Below are positions 21,401 to 31,610 of a stretch of DNA of 64,000 nucleotides, one piece after another (position 1 is the stretch's first letter; every line of letters starts with the position of its first letter). Location of the stretch: the NCBI GenBank assembly GCA_963666975.2, contig CAXVYR010000003.1:1-64000 (forward strand). Direction: 5' to 3'. The DNA is from Terriglobia bacterium (lineage in GTDB: Bacteria; Acidobacteriota; Terriglobia; 2-12-FULL-54-10). The notes beneath the pieces were generated by a model that did not search any database, was not told where the DNA came from, and was given only the letters and a program-made list of their open reading frames with translations. A program made the position numbers and the translations under genes.

Positions 21401-21596
21401 CAAGGACACCGCCCTGTCCGAGAGGCGTACCCTCCAGTTCCGTTTCGAGGCCTTTAACTTGTTCAACCGGCCCAACTTCGGTACACCTAACCGCAATGTA
21501 TTTCGTGGGTCGAGTCCAGCAGGCAATGCGGGAAGGGTGGTTAGGACCGTGGGCACTTCCCGGCAGATCCAATTTGGGCTGAAGTTGATATTCTAG
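18438..21596 (+). CDS. TonB-dependent receptor (Oar-like, N-terminal carboxypeptidase-regulatory-like domain)
   Basis: Signal peptide; LPLNGRDF, SAEYGR, TKSGTN, RNQFGG; C-terminal RQIQFGLKLIF. Confidence 0.92.
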   Translation: MSFTKEVSVFVSMILLLGVAAYSQVTTATISGTVNDSTGAVIPGATVALRHVDTGRSRTVSTGTEGRYSAAQLSVGSYEVTAESAGFQTVVRTGVTLTVGREFVVDFTLQVGAVAERITVTGEAPLVETTSATVTGLVTERAIRELPLNGRDFSQLMLLQEGVVNIADANIFENPGVSLGKRINVSGARATANSWLLDGTDIVAPMEQSPASVQGQLLGVDTVREFQVITSNASAEYGRAAGAVVNAITKSGTNELHGTVFEFLRNSKLDAKNFFDPLDQSIPPFRRNQFGGVLGGPIKRDRMFFFGSYEGLRERLGVPHVGNVPTAAARQGELLGTTVDVADEVKPYLNLYPLPNGREFTNPATGLPTGVGEFLNPVSRPTREDYFMGKMDWVSSDSDNLFVRYTFDDSIRLDPEALNLFRTELTTRTQFFTFEENHIFSPTLLNVFRFAFNRTRTTGTSEQISDIDPALGWVPGVAFGASGQLNVGGLTLVGGIGPLPKIYRQNLWQFTNNMTHSRGTHTLKWGADHKWIQNNMFSCVFQSGNYVFDNLTRFLTSEPNNFTSFTNVGTCTRNYRQTIFGTFIQDEWRARPNLTVNLGVRYEMWTHVKELNGRLANLRFLDDPEMTIGDNFKNPSFLNFAPRLGVAWDPWGDGKTSIKAGFGMFHEPLMFAIYSHTNLRGPFYVDATASRAGDGLTFPNGFDFVKQQPGQPLQDLLRRLNVQTIDFDIGSPTTLQFNFMLQRELTSSLALKAGYVGSHGYHLVRLVNPCISTPVIEDGRKRFTAGAPSDCRAVRTMSAGRIKTDANSSYNSLQLGLTQRYSSGLQFQVAYTWSRLINDAEGRWDIFGTQGLGNAQDPFDRGAERGLGAPDIRHNIVTNFSYDLPFGNAMSGFGGKVIQGWRLNGILTTRTGNPVTLGVIGTRSGASPFSRSERPNLVPGRSNSPVLGGPDQYYDPTAFELQPAGFYGNVGRNTLIGPGFASFDFGLAKDTALSERRTLQFRFEAFNLFNRPNFGTPNRNVFRGSSPAGNAGRVVRTVGTSRQIQFGLKLIF

Positions 21597-21625
21597 GATC
21601 GGCCCGATCTGGGAAAGTACAAGAG

Positions 21626-21667
21626 GACTCCGCAGTTGCGGTTATTCCTGCCGCTGCGGAGTCTTTG
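21626..21667 (+). terminator. Stem-loop after the first receptor (possible terminator)
   Basis: 10-bp inverted repeat GACTCCGCAG/CTGCGGAGTC followed by only TTT. Confidence 0.45.
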
Positions 21668-22086
21668 AAGAACTCCCCTCGGGGAATCCGCTCCTTACGC
21701 GCCATCGCAGTTAGAACTGCGGGCAACTCCGCCGCCATAACGGGTGTTGGCGGCCTTCAGACCCTCACGCGAGGTGACATTTCCTGGCGGGGTGGGCCCA
21801 AAGGAGAGATAGTCAACCCAGCGGCGACCCGCCCTACGGATAAGCATACCTTGTTACTTCCTAGGGTCTCTCTATGCGAACGGGAGAAGGCGAATTTTCA
21901 CCTTCCGGGACGCACCCACAGACCCTTTATCTGCTGTACGGGGTAGAGACCATAACTATTCCGGATAACATCGATCCTTCCAGCCTGTTGGGACAGGCTT
22001 GGTTCGCGAGTTTAACGCCGCATCAGCAACTTCGGAGCGCAATACCTCCTAACCAGAAAGCCAAAATGTGATAGGGAATACGAATC

Positions 22087-25000
22087 GTGAATGAGGTCTT
22101 ATCTAGGCAAGTGTGGAGTCTGCACGCGTACAGATCGGTAGTGCAGGCTTTGACCCTTCCCGCAGCAATTCTGGCCACGCTACTTTTCTTGCCAAAGACA
22201 GGGGTGTCAGCCCAGGCGACCCTGGCTGCGGTGCGCGGCACGGTGCAGGAGCAAACGGGCGCTCCCATCCCGGGAACCACTGTTGCGGCGAAAAACCTCG
22301 AGACGGGACGGAGCCGCACGGTAAGCAGTAACGCGGAAGGGAAATTCGAAATCCCGCAACTGGCCCCCGGAACCTACGAAGTCTGGGCTTCCCAGGCCGG
22401 TTTTGTGAGCCAGACGCAGAAAGAATTGCAACTGCGTGGGGGTCAGTCGGTAACCCTAACCTTCGTGCTAAAACGGGGTTCCAGACCTCAGGAACACAGG
22501 GCCCAGGACACGGGCAGCGAAATGGCAGAGTCCTCCTCCGCCACCGACCAGATCAGTGAAAGCCAACTGGTCGGGCTCCCTCTCAACGGCCGCAGTTACA
22601 GCCAACTGGCGACCTTACAGGCCGGGGTGAGCGATCCTTCCACGGCTTCGGGATCACGCGGCATCGGCGGTGGGGGCCTGACCGTAGCGGGAGGGCGGAC
22701 TACCTCTAACAGTTTTTTGCTGGACGGGACGAACATATTGAGGAGTGATAACCGGGCCCCGCGGAGTGCGGCAGGCGTGCAACTGGGCTCGGATGCCGTA
22801 CTGCAGGTTCAGGTCTTCAGCGCCAACTACTCAGCCGAGTATGGCCGGGGCAGTGGCGGGGTTCTGAATTCCATTACTCGGTCAGGGACGCCGGAGTTCC
22901 ATGGCACCTTATTCGAGTTCTTTCGCAACAGCAAGCTCGATGCACGGAATTTTTTTGATCCTGGCCCAGAGCCTCCTCCTTTCAAGCGTAACCAGTTCGG
23001 CTTCACGCTCACGGGCCCGGTTTTGAAAGACAGAACGTTCTTCATGGCTAGCTTTGAGGCAATGCGCGACCGGCTGACCCAAACTGTGACCAACTACTTT
23101 CCAGATGAACTAGCCCGCCAGGGGATTATTACGAACGCCGCGGGAGAGGTAATTCGCACCGTTCCAGTAAACCTGCGTGTCCGACCCTACTTGGATCTTT
23201 ATCCCTTACCCAACTCGGCCCGGGTGGGGAAAGGAATAGGCGAAAACCGCGCTTCCCAGGCCTTGCCCACCGATGAAAATTTCTTTACCGTTCGCGTAGA
23301 TCACCAGATCTCGGAGCGGGATAGTTTTTTCGCTCGCTATAGCTTTGACGATGCCAACAGCCAATCCTCACAGGGCGTTTTTCTCTTCAACCAGCTGACC
23401 GAAAGTCGTCAGCAATATCTAACTTTAGTGGGAACCCATAATTTTAGTCCCAGAGCTTTAACCACGTTTCGCTTTGGATACACCCGGCCCGTAAGTGCTA
23501 ACGTGAGTCTCACAGCTATTGAGATTCCACGTTCGTTGTTTTTTAATCCCGACGCCCCCCAATTCGGAGCAATGAACGTTCCAGGTTTGAGTAATTTCGG
23601 GCTGGGGGGCCCCCAGCCGCGAGTCCAAATTATGAATTCCTTTCAATTTGCAGAAGATATGCTGGCTCAGAGAGGGACCCATGCGCTAAAGTTGGGATTC
23701 GAGATTCACCGCTATCGTTGGGATACGTTTCACAACGGGCGAAAGGGAGGGGTTTGGTCCTTCAACAGCCTGGAGAGCTTTCTGCAGGGGGGACCGGAAG
23801 GGACCAGCTTGACGGTTGCTTTGCCGGGTTCCGATAACAGAACGGCTCACCGCCAAACGTTCGTGGGCCTCTATGTTCAGGATGAATATAAGCTCAGTCC
23901 TCGAGTCCAGGTCGACCTGGGCCTGCGCTATGAGTTTGCCACGCTCATTCACGACAGGAATGGCCGAACCGTTTTCCTCCCTGACCCGGTGCGGGACACG
24001 AGAGTGCAAATTGGACCGCTACTGGAGAACAACCCTTCGCTACGCAATCTTTCTCCACGCCTGGGCCTGAGCTGGTCTCCAGTAAGCAGCGGGAATACGG
24101 TCCTAAGAGCTGGCTTTGGCATTTACTTCGATCAAATGCTCCAATACGTGGTATTCCAGCGGAAAAGCACGGTTCCTTTTTACAAGATAGCATTGCGAAC
24201 CAACTTTGACTCCTCCACGGTCTTTCCCGACGCGGTGGCCGCCACGGCCGGAATCCCCTTGATGGCTCACGTAATGGATTACCACCATGTGACTACTCCG
24301 AGGGTGTTGCGTTACAACCTCACGCTTCAACAGCGGCTCCCCGGAGGCTGGCGTGTCCGAGCATCCTATGTGGGCGCGCGGGGCAATCATTTGTACCGCG
24401 GCTACGAAGTCAACCTGTTCCCCGTTCCCATCATCAGAGCCGATGGGTCGCTCTTCTTCCCCGCTCACGATCCTAATGGACCGGATAATCGTGTCAATTC
24501 TGCTTTCGGAGGAATTAACATCGTCAGCAGTGATGCGCAATCCTTTTATAACTCTCTTCAACTTTCGGCTAACAAGCGCCTTGGCCAAGGTATTTCTTTG
24601 GGAGCCAGCTATACTTACAGCAAGTCTGTTGATGATTCCTCCGCTATCCCCCTGCCCATTCTAACTAACACTAGTTCCACCCAGTATGGGCTGATGCGGA
24701 CGCTCGATCGGGGCCTTTCGGATTTCGACATCCGCCACCGTGCGGTGATGAACTACTTTTACGCTCTCCCCTTGGGTGAGGGACATCGCTGGTGGAATTC
24801 CGGCATCCTTTCGCACGTTTTCGGAGGCTGGCGCTTGGGAGGCATTATCCGGTTTCGCAGCGGGACCCCTTTCAGCCCGCAGGTTAATGTCCGAACCCCG
24901 GGTTACCTGTTTGAGACCACTCGGCCCAACCTGGCTCCCGGAAGGAGCAATAACCCCGTAGAGGGCGTTACTGCCAGTTGCGAGGGAGTGGAGGCCGGTC

Positions 25001-25332
25001 AAAAGCTGGGAGGCCCGGACCTGTATTTTGATCCCTGCGCCTTCAGCTTCCCGGAGCCGGGGACCCTCGGCAACGCCGGGCGCAACACCCTCATGGCACC
25101 GAGCGTGTTCAATGTGGATATTTCTCTCCAGAGGGAATTTCTTCTGGATGCTAAGAGGCGGCTACAATTTCGAGCGGAATTTTTCAATCTGCCAAACCAT
25201 CCCAATTTTGGCCAAGCTTCCACCAGCATCTTCGTGGGTTCGTCCGGCCGCCTCAATCCCACTGCGGGAAGAATTCGCAGCACTGCCACTACTGCCCGCC
25301 AGGTTCAGTTTGCCTTGCGATTCTCTTTTTAG
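22087..25332 (+). CDS. TonB-dependent receptor (Oar-like)
   Basis: LPLNGRSY, SAEYGR, RNQFGF; C-terminal RQVQFALRFSF; start codon uncertain. Confidence 0.9.
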   Translation: MNEVLSRQVWSLHAYRSVVQALTLPAAILATLLFLPKTGVSAQATLAAVRGTVQEQTGAPIPGTTVAAKNLETGRSRTVSSNAEGKFEIPQLAPGTYEVWASQAGFVSQTQKELQLRGGQSVTLTFVLKRGSRPQEHRAQDTGSEMAESSSATDQISESQLVGLPLNGRSYSQLATLQAGVSDPSTASGSRGIGGGGLTVAGGRTTSNSFLLDGTNILRSDNRAPRSAAGVQLGSDAVLQVQVFSANYSAEYGRGSGGVLNSITRSGTPEFHGTLFEFFRNSKLDARNFFDPGPEPPPFKRNQFGFTLTGPVLKDRTFFMASFEAMRDRLTQTVTNYFPDELARQGIITNAAGEVIRTVPVNLRVRPYLDLYPLPNSARVGKGIGENRASQALPTDENFFTVRVDHQISERDSFFARYSFDDANSQSSQGVFLFNQLTESRQQYLTLVGTHNFSPRALTTFRFGYTRPVSANVSLTAIEIPRSLFFNPDAPQFGAMNVPGLSNFGLGGPQPRVQIMNSFQFAEDMLAQRGTHALKLGFEIHRYRWDTFHNGRKGGVWSFNSLESFLQGGPEGTSLTVALPGSDNRTAHRQTFVGLYVQDEYKLSPRVQVDLGLRYEFATLIHDRNGRTVFLPDPVRDTRVQIGPLLENNPSLRNLSPRLGLSWSPVSSGNTVLRAGFGIYFDQMLQYVVFQRKSTVPFYKIALRTNFDSSTVFPDAVAATAGIPLMAHVMDYHHVTTPRVLRYNLTLQQRLPGGWRVRASYVGARGNHLYRGYEVNLFPVPIIRADGSLFFPAHDPNGPDNRVNSAFGGINIVSSDAQSFYNSLQLSANKRLGQGISLGASYTYSKSVDDSSAIPLPILTNTSSTQYGLMRTLDRGLSDFDIRHRAVMNYFYALPLGEGHRWWNSGILSHVFGGWRLGGIIRFRSGTPFSPQVNVRTPGYLFETTRPNLAPGRSNNPVEGVTASCEGVEAGQKLGGPDLYFDPCAFSFPEPGTLGNAGRNTLMAPSVFNVDISLQREFLLDAKRRLQFRAEFFNLPNHPNFGQASTSIFVGSSGRLNPTAGRIRSTATTARQVQFALRFSF

Positions 25333-25506
25333 GATTATGGCGAAGATTTGTGGTCGAGCACTGTGCGAGTACCTGTGTGTCGCCAATATCACCTGCATCG
25401 CAAATTCGAGCAGAATTGGCGCAAGAGAATGGCTTTCGAATCGATTGACAGACGGGAAATTCAGCCGGGGAAGTAGAAGGTTCACCAACGCTTCAGGAAT
25501 CCGACG

Positions 25507-26932
25507 GAGGGTGTCCCATACATAGTTGAAGGTTGAACGGCGGTTCGGCCCGAATCGAATAGAATCGGGCCAAGCCTAAATCCTATAGAAGGAGAACCGC
25601 CGAATGAAGGGAAAATATCACGTTTTGGAACTGGGTTCCAAGGGAGCCGAAGAAACCATCCAGAAGTTTTGCCAAACCAACGGACAGATGCTGTTGCCGG
25701 TGGTGGATCTGATCACGGAGGCGCGTCTGGCGTTGGATGAGGTGATTGATCGGGCCGGGCGAGGTTTGATTGAAACGATTCTGAGCATGAGCGCAGAGCA
25801 AATCGCGGGGCCAAAGAGTCCCGGGAAGGCGAGCGGAGAGGTGCGCTGGCATGGCCGGCAATTGGGGAGGGTGAAACTGGCCGATCGCCAGCTGCGGGTG
25901 GAGCGGCCCCGGCTGCGCCGGAAGGGCGGAGGGGAAGAAGCGGTGCCGGCCTACGAAGCGCTGCGGAAAAGCGAGAAGACGGGCGAGGAGATGTTCGAGG
26001 CACTGTTGAAAGGGGTTTCGACGCGGAACTACCGCGAGGTGATCCCGGAGATGGCCAACAGCGCTGGGGTGTCGAAGTCTCAGGTGAGCCGGGAAGCGGC
26101 CGAGCAAGGAGCGCGGGCGGCTGGAAGAACTGTTGGCGCGGCGCTGGGAGGAGGTCGAGATTCTGGTGATTTACCTGGACGGAATGCGGTTCGGCTCCCA
26201 CCACGTCATCAGCGCCGTGGGCGTGGACAGCGAGGGCCGCAAGCATGTGCTGGGGATTCAACTGGGCGCGACCGAAAACGCCGCTGCGGTGAAAGACCTT
26301 CTCACCCGCCTGCGCCAGCAAGGTCTGCGCACGGATCAGCGCTATCTGTTTGTGATCGACGGCGCCAAAGCGCTCCGCGCGGGGATCGAGGAAGTATTCG
26401 GCAGCAATCAGCTGGTGCAGCGTTGCCGTACTCATAAGCTGCGCAACGTGGCTGAGCGGTTACCAAAGGGCGACAAAATGCTGGCGAATCAGGTGCGGTC
26501 GCTGATGCGCGCCGCCTGGCGATTGCCCCAAGCCGAGGAAGGCATCGTGCGCATAAAGAAGCTCGCTGGGATGATCGAGTGCGATCATCCGGCAGCAGCC
26601 GCCAGCTTGCGCGAAGGGTTGGAGGAGACCTTTACGATCAATCGAGCCGACGTTCCTCCCAGCCTCCACCGCTGCCTGGCAACCACGAACCTCATCGAGA
26701 GCCCGCAGTCGGGCGTGCGGAAAAAGACTGGCAATGTTTGCCGCTGGCGCGACGGCGAGATGACGTTGCGCTGGGTGGCAGGAGCGTTTCTGCTGACCGA
26801 GAAGAATTTCCGGAAGATCATGGGTTATCACGATCTCTGGGCTTTGGCATCGATTCTCGGCCGAAGTCCAAACGCTGCTTCCTCTCACAAGGAGAAAGTG
26901 GCGTAATATGAACTCAACCCGCCGTCCCAACC
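25507..26932 (+). mobile_element. IS256-family element, copy 2 (right IR lost)
   Basis: Near-identical to copy 1 in inverted orientation; diverges after CCCAACC (~26932); CCGACG on both flanks. Confidence 0.88.
25604..26906 (+). pseudogene. IS256 transposase with +1 frameshift
   Basis: GCGCGGGCGG at ~26111-26120 versus GCGCGGCGG in copy 1. Confidence 0.88.
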
Positions 26933-27009
26933 GACGTGAGGGTGCGCACACTTCCATCCGCGCCAATTTTCTGAAAAGGCGATAGGGGTACTCAGAATGC
27001 CGGCGTTTT

Positions 27010-28054
27010 TCAAGCCACCAGATTCCATTTGTATCGATGATGAAGGCCGCCGAGACGAGGCAGTGAAAGCAATGTCGCTTTCTGGTTTTTTCTTTGCTCG
27101 ATCGGACGGCGGTTCGGCGTATCTTTACCTAATCCGTCGTGGGTCCGGTCTTCATGGTAATAGCGAATGTAATCACGGACCAATCTTCGCAGGTGAGCTT
27201 CGTTGAATACGATCACGTGATCCAGTAGATCTCGGCGACAGCTGCCCACCCAGCGTTCGGCAACCCCATTCTGCCAAGGGCTGCGAAAAGCCGTTCGTTT
27301 GATGCGAATCTCCATGGACTGTAGCATCTCGGTCACGTCGTTACCAAACTTCTTATCCCGGTCCAGGATCAAATATTTCGGGGCGGAATCCTCCGGAAAA
27401 GCTTCTCGCAGTTGCTGCACGACCCAGGGACTGGTCGGATGTTCTGTAGCGTTGAAGTGGACGATTCTTCTGCGGTCGTGGCTGATGACGAAGAAGCAGT
27501 AGAGAAGACGGAACGTCGCAGTGGGCACGGTGAAGAAATCCATGGCTGCAATCGCTTCGCGATGGTTCTTCAGAAATGTCAGCCAGAGTTTGGACGGGTC
27601 TCCCCTCCGCTTGAACCGAGCCAAATAGCGCGAGACAGTACGTTCGCCAACCTCGAATCCCAATTTCAAGAGTTCCCCATGAATCTTCGGAGCACCCCAA
27701 GTGGGCTTCTCGACTGCCATCCGTCGGATCAGTTCCTGAACTTCCAGAGGGAGTTTCGGTCTGCTGGGCCGGTGACGACAAAGCATTCGCCAATACAAAC
27801 GAAAACCAGCACGATGCCAGCGGACTACGGTATCGGGTTTCACGATCAGCAGCGCATCAGTCCACCGTGACCAGATTCGCCGCAATCAATGCAAGCCAGA
27901 ACAAACGATCGCAGCGATCCAATCTTGGTCTGGGACGCTTACGCTTCAGGACCCCGACCTGCTGACACAGGGCGGCGAGCTCGAGACCGAGGTCATGCCG
28001 AGAGCGAAAAAACGCGCTGAACCAATGAAGAATGCAAAAAAGGAACAGAAACAT
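27010..28054 (-). pseudogene. Integrase-core-domain transposase, frameshifted near 27885
   Basis: LELAALCQQ..RPRL..DRLFW in one frame, then PDTVVRWHRAGF, AMDFFTV, LDRD and SPWQNGVAER in another. Confidence 0.8.
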
Positions 28055-28389
28055 TCGATCATTTTACAGGAGCAGAAGGCACTGATCGACGAAACGGGAT
28101 AGGAGCTATCTCTCTGATTCCACGGCTGGACATGGTTTTGGCGACAGACACTGTGGATTTCAAGGGAAGTCGTTGGCAATAAAATGTGCGTCAGTATTCA
28201 TATATCTAATTGAATATATAGATAGTTATAAACTCTCCTGGACGATTATGGATGTTGTTGGATTTTGATAGATGGCTGTGGTAGCGACAGGCATTCTTGC
28301 CTGTCCTCTTGCTTTAGATAGGCCTGTCGCCGCCTGCCTGCACACTCGAGTTGACCGATGCTTTCCGATAGCATCATTGCAGCAGAGCA

Positions 28390-28500
28390 AAAAAGGTAAC
28401 CGATCTCGTCCAAGACGTGCAGCGCCGGATGGGTCAGCACGCGTAGTCGCCGGGACAGATTGCCCGCGGCCTTGGCGTCGGTGAGCGAGTCGATCTCGTC
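28390..28500 (-). pseudogene. IS21 IstB ATPase fragment
   Basis: AKAAGNLSRRLRVLTHPALHVLDEIGYL (Walker B region). Confidence 0.65.
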
Positions 28501-29030
28501 GAGCTCTCGGTTCGTCGGAGTGAGGGCGAACCGGAACTCTTCGAGGCCTCCGGAAGGATGCAGAGGGCGTCTGTAAATGACCGCGGCAACCTGGCCAAGC
28601 CCCTGCGATTCGGCTGAATAGCTTTGAATGTGCAACTTTGGTTTGATTATGATAGGTAGTCACTTCCATCTAGCTAGGCTTGAGGGGTCACGCGATGACA
28701 AAAGAGTTGAAAATACCGTGGTCCGCGAGCACCCATTCCACACAGGTCGTGAAGGCTCGTCGTGATGGTTCGCACGCGGCCGACTATCGGGCCGCTGAAG
28801 CACAGCGGCACAGCCAGCGAATCTCCGATTCGCAGCACACGCAGATTACCATCCCACTCGACGGCCTCGGACTCCCGGACTCAGGGTGGATTGCTCGCAG
28901 ACCTGTCTAAAAACATCCTGGATGGGCCAATGGAATCCAGTTCACAAAGAGGGGTTCAATGAGGGGATTAATGCAGGCTAACCAACAGGAAATCTATTAG
29001 TATCAGCTAGTTACTACTGACCGATTAAAG

Positions 29031-29258
29031 ATGCAACATCAACTCGTCCACTTCATAGCCAGCGATGCTCACAATACATCCTCCCGCCCCCCTTTGCTCT
29101 CGGAAGCGCGCCGGACGGTTGCCGCAGAGCAAGGAGAAGAGGCAGCCTGCGCTCTGTTTGAAACCAACCCTCTGGCCGCCATCGAAGGCCGGGTGTTGCC
29201 CTGGCAGCCGGAACCGGTCCCGCTGCAACAGCGCCGGTGGTCCTTTTTCCGCCGCTGA
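29031..29258 (+). pseudogene. C-terminal remnant of a PHP-family (CpsB/YwqE-like) tyrosine-protein phosphatase
   Basis: LVHFIASDAHN..RPP.L..A and NP motifs; N-terminal part missing. Confidence 0.7.
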
Positions 29259-29410
29259 AGGCGCTCAGAGAGCGGTTCAATCAAGAGAGGAAATGGTACA
29301 ATGACCCAGGCCATACCGCTTTCCGTGTTTTCCTGTGGACCCCATGCGGCGTGGCCGGCCACGGGGAACCTCAAGGCGGTTCATGGGAATTCCAGCAATG
29401 AAGGAGACCG

Positions 29411-29887
29411 ATGCGCGGAAAAGATAAAGTGATTGCTTGTTTGAATCAGGCGCTGAAAGCAGAGCTAGTCGCCATTAACCAGTACTTTCTCCACGGGGAA
29501 ATGTGCGAAAACTGGGGCTATCGCCGCTTGGGAGATCTGATCCGGAAGAGTTCTATCGAGGAGATGAAGCATGCGGAAGAAGTCATCGAACGGATTCTGT
29601 TGCTCGACGGCTCGCCCAACATGGGCATGGGCCTTCCGCTGAAAGTGGGCGCCAGCGTCAAGGAACAGCTCGAAAACGACCTGGCCTTGGAGTTGGAAGC
29701 GATTGTCGAGTACAACGCCGCCATCAAAACTTGCGTGGCGGAGGGGGATAACACCTCGCGGGCGTTGTTCGAGAGGCTGGTCCAAACCGAGGAAGAACAC
29801 GCAGACTTCTTGGAATCCCAGCTGCACGTGATCAAAGAGGCAGGGATCGAAAACTATCTTGCCCAGCAAATGCACGAAAAAGAATAG
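29411..29887 (+). CDS. bfr: Bacterioferritin
   Basis: MRGKDKVI, ELVAINQYFLH, SIEEMKHAE (heme Met), EEEHAD; RBS AAGGAG. Confidence 0.95.
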   Translation: MRGKDKVIACLNQALKAELVAINQYFLHGEMCENWGYRRLGDLIRKSSIEEMKHAEEVIERILLLDGSPNMGMGLPLKVGASVKEQLENDLALELEAIVEYNAAIKTCVAEGDNTSRALFERLVQTEEEHADFLESQLHVIKEAGIENYLAQQMHEKE

Positions 29888-30324
29888 GCGGGCCGCCAGC
29901 GGACCGTAATGCCGTTCTGTGCTTGTGTCCTCAGGGTGCGCCCTGGCGGCTCCGGTTCCAGCTTTCCATTCACCTCAACCCCCAGTTCCTTCGCCCAGCG
30001 AGCTAAACGATCTATTCGTCGGGCATTCGAGGAAAGGGGAGGTAAATTTCCTCCAAGGCGGCTTCTCCGCAACCCCGGACGGGCAAGAACGAAGAAACCT
30101 TTATCCGCCTGCGCCCCTGTATTTTCACTCGTACGCGTTTTTGGGCGGCAATCACTCCAGTAACCGCAATGCTTCTTTCACATGTCAAAAAGATGGGTGT
30201 AGATCAGCCGAGAGGTTATAATTCGGGTTGCCTCAGCTTTCCGGACAGGGTAGCCGGGTGGATGGAGTAGCCCGCGGCGGGCAATAGTGGCTTTGTCCCC
30301 CAAGAGAGGGGAAGGAGAGAGTCC

Positions 30325-31137
30325 TTGGAGCCGGAACAGCAAACCTTTTCTCACAATCTTGAACGGGAGTTGGCAGCGGTCGAGCAGCGTGATTGGGAGC
30401 TATGGATTCTTGTCCTGGTGACAGTGGGAATCCTGGCCGGCGCTTTTTTCCTCATCATCTTTCCCGCTGTATTCAGGAATGAGCGCACAATCTATATCCG
30501 GGCTGACGTCTCTCCGCAGCTGCTTCTCGGCTTGCTGGTCCTGATTCTGATGTTCGGCATTTACCTGGTTCGGAAACATTTTGAGATTCGGAGCCTCCGT
30601 TTCAAATCCATGAAGAATGCATGGAACTCGGAAGTTTCCCGCGTCCACCTTTTGGTCGATCCGCTCACGCAGGTCTTCAACCGCGCCGCCCTGGAGGAGA
30701 TCCTCTCCAAGGAAATCAAGCGCGCACAGCGCAAGCAATCCACCCTGACGTTCATGTACATCGACGTGAACAACTTCAAGGAAGTCAACACCCGGTTTGG
30801 CCATCTCTCCGGCGACTTAGTCCTGGCGGAAGCGGGAGGCATCCTCAAACAGTGCACGCGCGGGTCGGACTTCGTGATCCGCTTGGGAGGAGATGAGTTT
30901 CTGGTGACTTTGGTGGATACCGAGGGGTCTGGCGCCGTGCCGGTGAGGAACCGCATCAACCAAAAGATAGAGGTATGGAACCGGAATTCTCCTTTGCCGG
31001 GCTTCACGCTGAGCCTGAGCATCGGCATCCAGGAGTATGACGGCACGCAGTCGTTTGACGAGGTGTTGGCCGCAGCGGACGTCAGAATGTACGCGGAAAA
31101 GAATGCGCGGCCCGGAGCCAAACCCCCTCCAGCGTAA
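30325..31137 (+). CDS. Membrane-anchored diguanylate cyclase
   Basis: Two hydrophobic helices; DPLTQVFNR, RGSD I-site and GGDEF. Confidence 0.9.
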   Translation: MEPEQQTFSHNLERELAAVEQRDWELWILVLVTVGILAGAFFLIIFPAVFRNERTIYIRADVSPQLLLGLLVLILMFGIYLVRKHFEIRSLRFKSMKNAWNSEVSRVHLLVDPLTQVFNRAALEEILSKEIKRAQRKQSTLTFMYIDVNNFKEVNTRFGHLSGDLVLAEAGGILKQCTRGSDFVIRLGGDEFLVTLVDTEGSGAVPVRNRINQKIEVWNRNSPLPGFTLSLSIGIQEYDGTQSFDEVLAAADVRMYAEKNARPGAKPPPA

Positions 31138-31262
31138 CCCTGACCTCATCTCAAATTTTGCCTGGCAATCCATCCTAGGTGCCGCCGCCTCTCCGCCAAT
31201 GGGATGGCCTCGCTGCTTCCATCCGTAGTAAGATTGCGCCGTGATACGCGGAAGGAGGCGGT

Positions 31263-31496
31263 ATGGTAGAGGCTTACATCTTCATCGACATCCGTGCCGG
31301 CTGGTCAAAAAAAATCCTGCGGGAGGTAGCCGATCTTCTGGAGGTCACTTCTGTGCATGCCTGCTGGGGACGCCCCGATCTTATTTCTCACATCAAAGTG
31401 GCAGACATGAAGAAGCTCCGCGAGTTGGTCCTCCAACGTTTCCAGCACATCGCAGGGATAACAGCTACCGACACGCATATCGTGATCGAATCCTAG
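31263..31496 (+). CDS. Stand-alone Lrp/AsnC ligand-binding domain protein
   Basis: 77 aa, EAYIFI..VHACWGRPDLI..GITATDTHIV; RBS AAGGAGG. Confidence 0.8.
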   Translation: MVEAYIFIDIRAGWSKKILREVADLLEVTSVHACWGRPDLISHIKVADMKKLRELVLQRFQHIAGITATDTHIVIES

Positions 31497-31610
31497 CAGC
31501 GGTGGCTGGCGGAAGGATTCATCTCGTTTCAGCGCGGACGGCAGAAAACGCTGTGCTGTTACCGGGAGTTGTGGCCGGGCGATGTAGTTGGGCGACGTGG
31601 CCAGGAAAGG

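Larger units (their letters stand above)
25374..28150 (-). mobile_element. IS with integrase-core (rve) transposase, carrying a nested IS256
   Basis: Imperfect terminal IRs TGTGTGTCGCCAATATC (25374) and TGTCTGTCGCCAAAACC (28150, minus strand); no target duplication seen. Confidence 0.6.

Noticed and set aside
21670-22080. Riboswitch or ncRNA between the two receptors
   Set aside because: Several small hairpins and a REP-like GGCGACCCGCCCTAC, but no family consensus that I recognise; an Rfam search would be needed
2953-26932. Composite transposon formed by the two IS256 copies
   Set aside because: Each copy has its own flanking duplication, which indicates independent insertions
28680-28962. 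Short ORFs in the boundary debris
   Set aside because: No RBS or motif support; probably gene fragments
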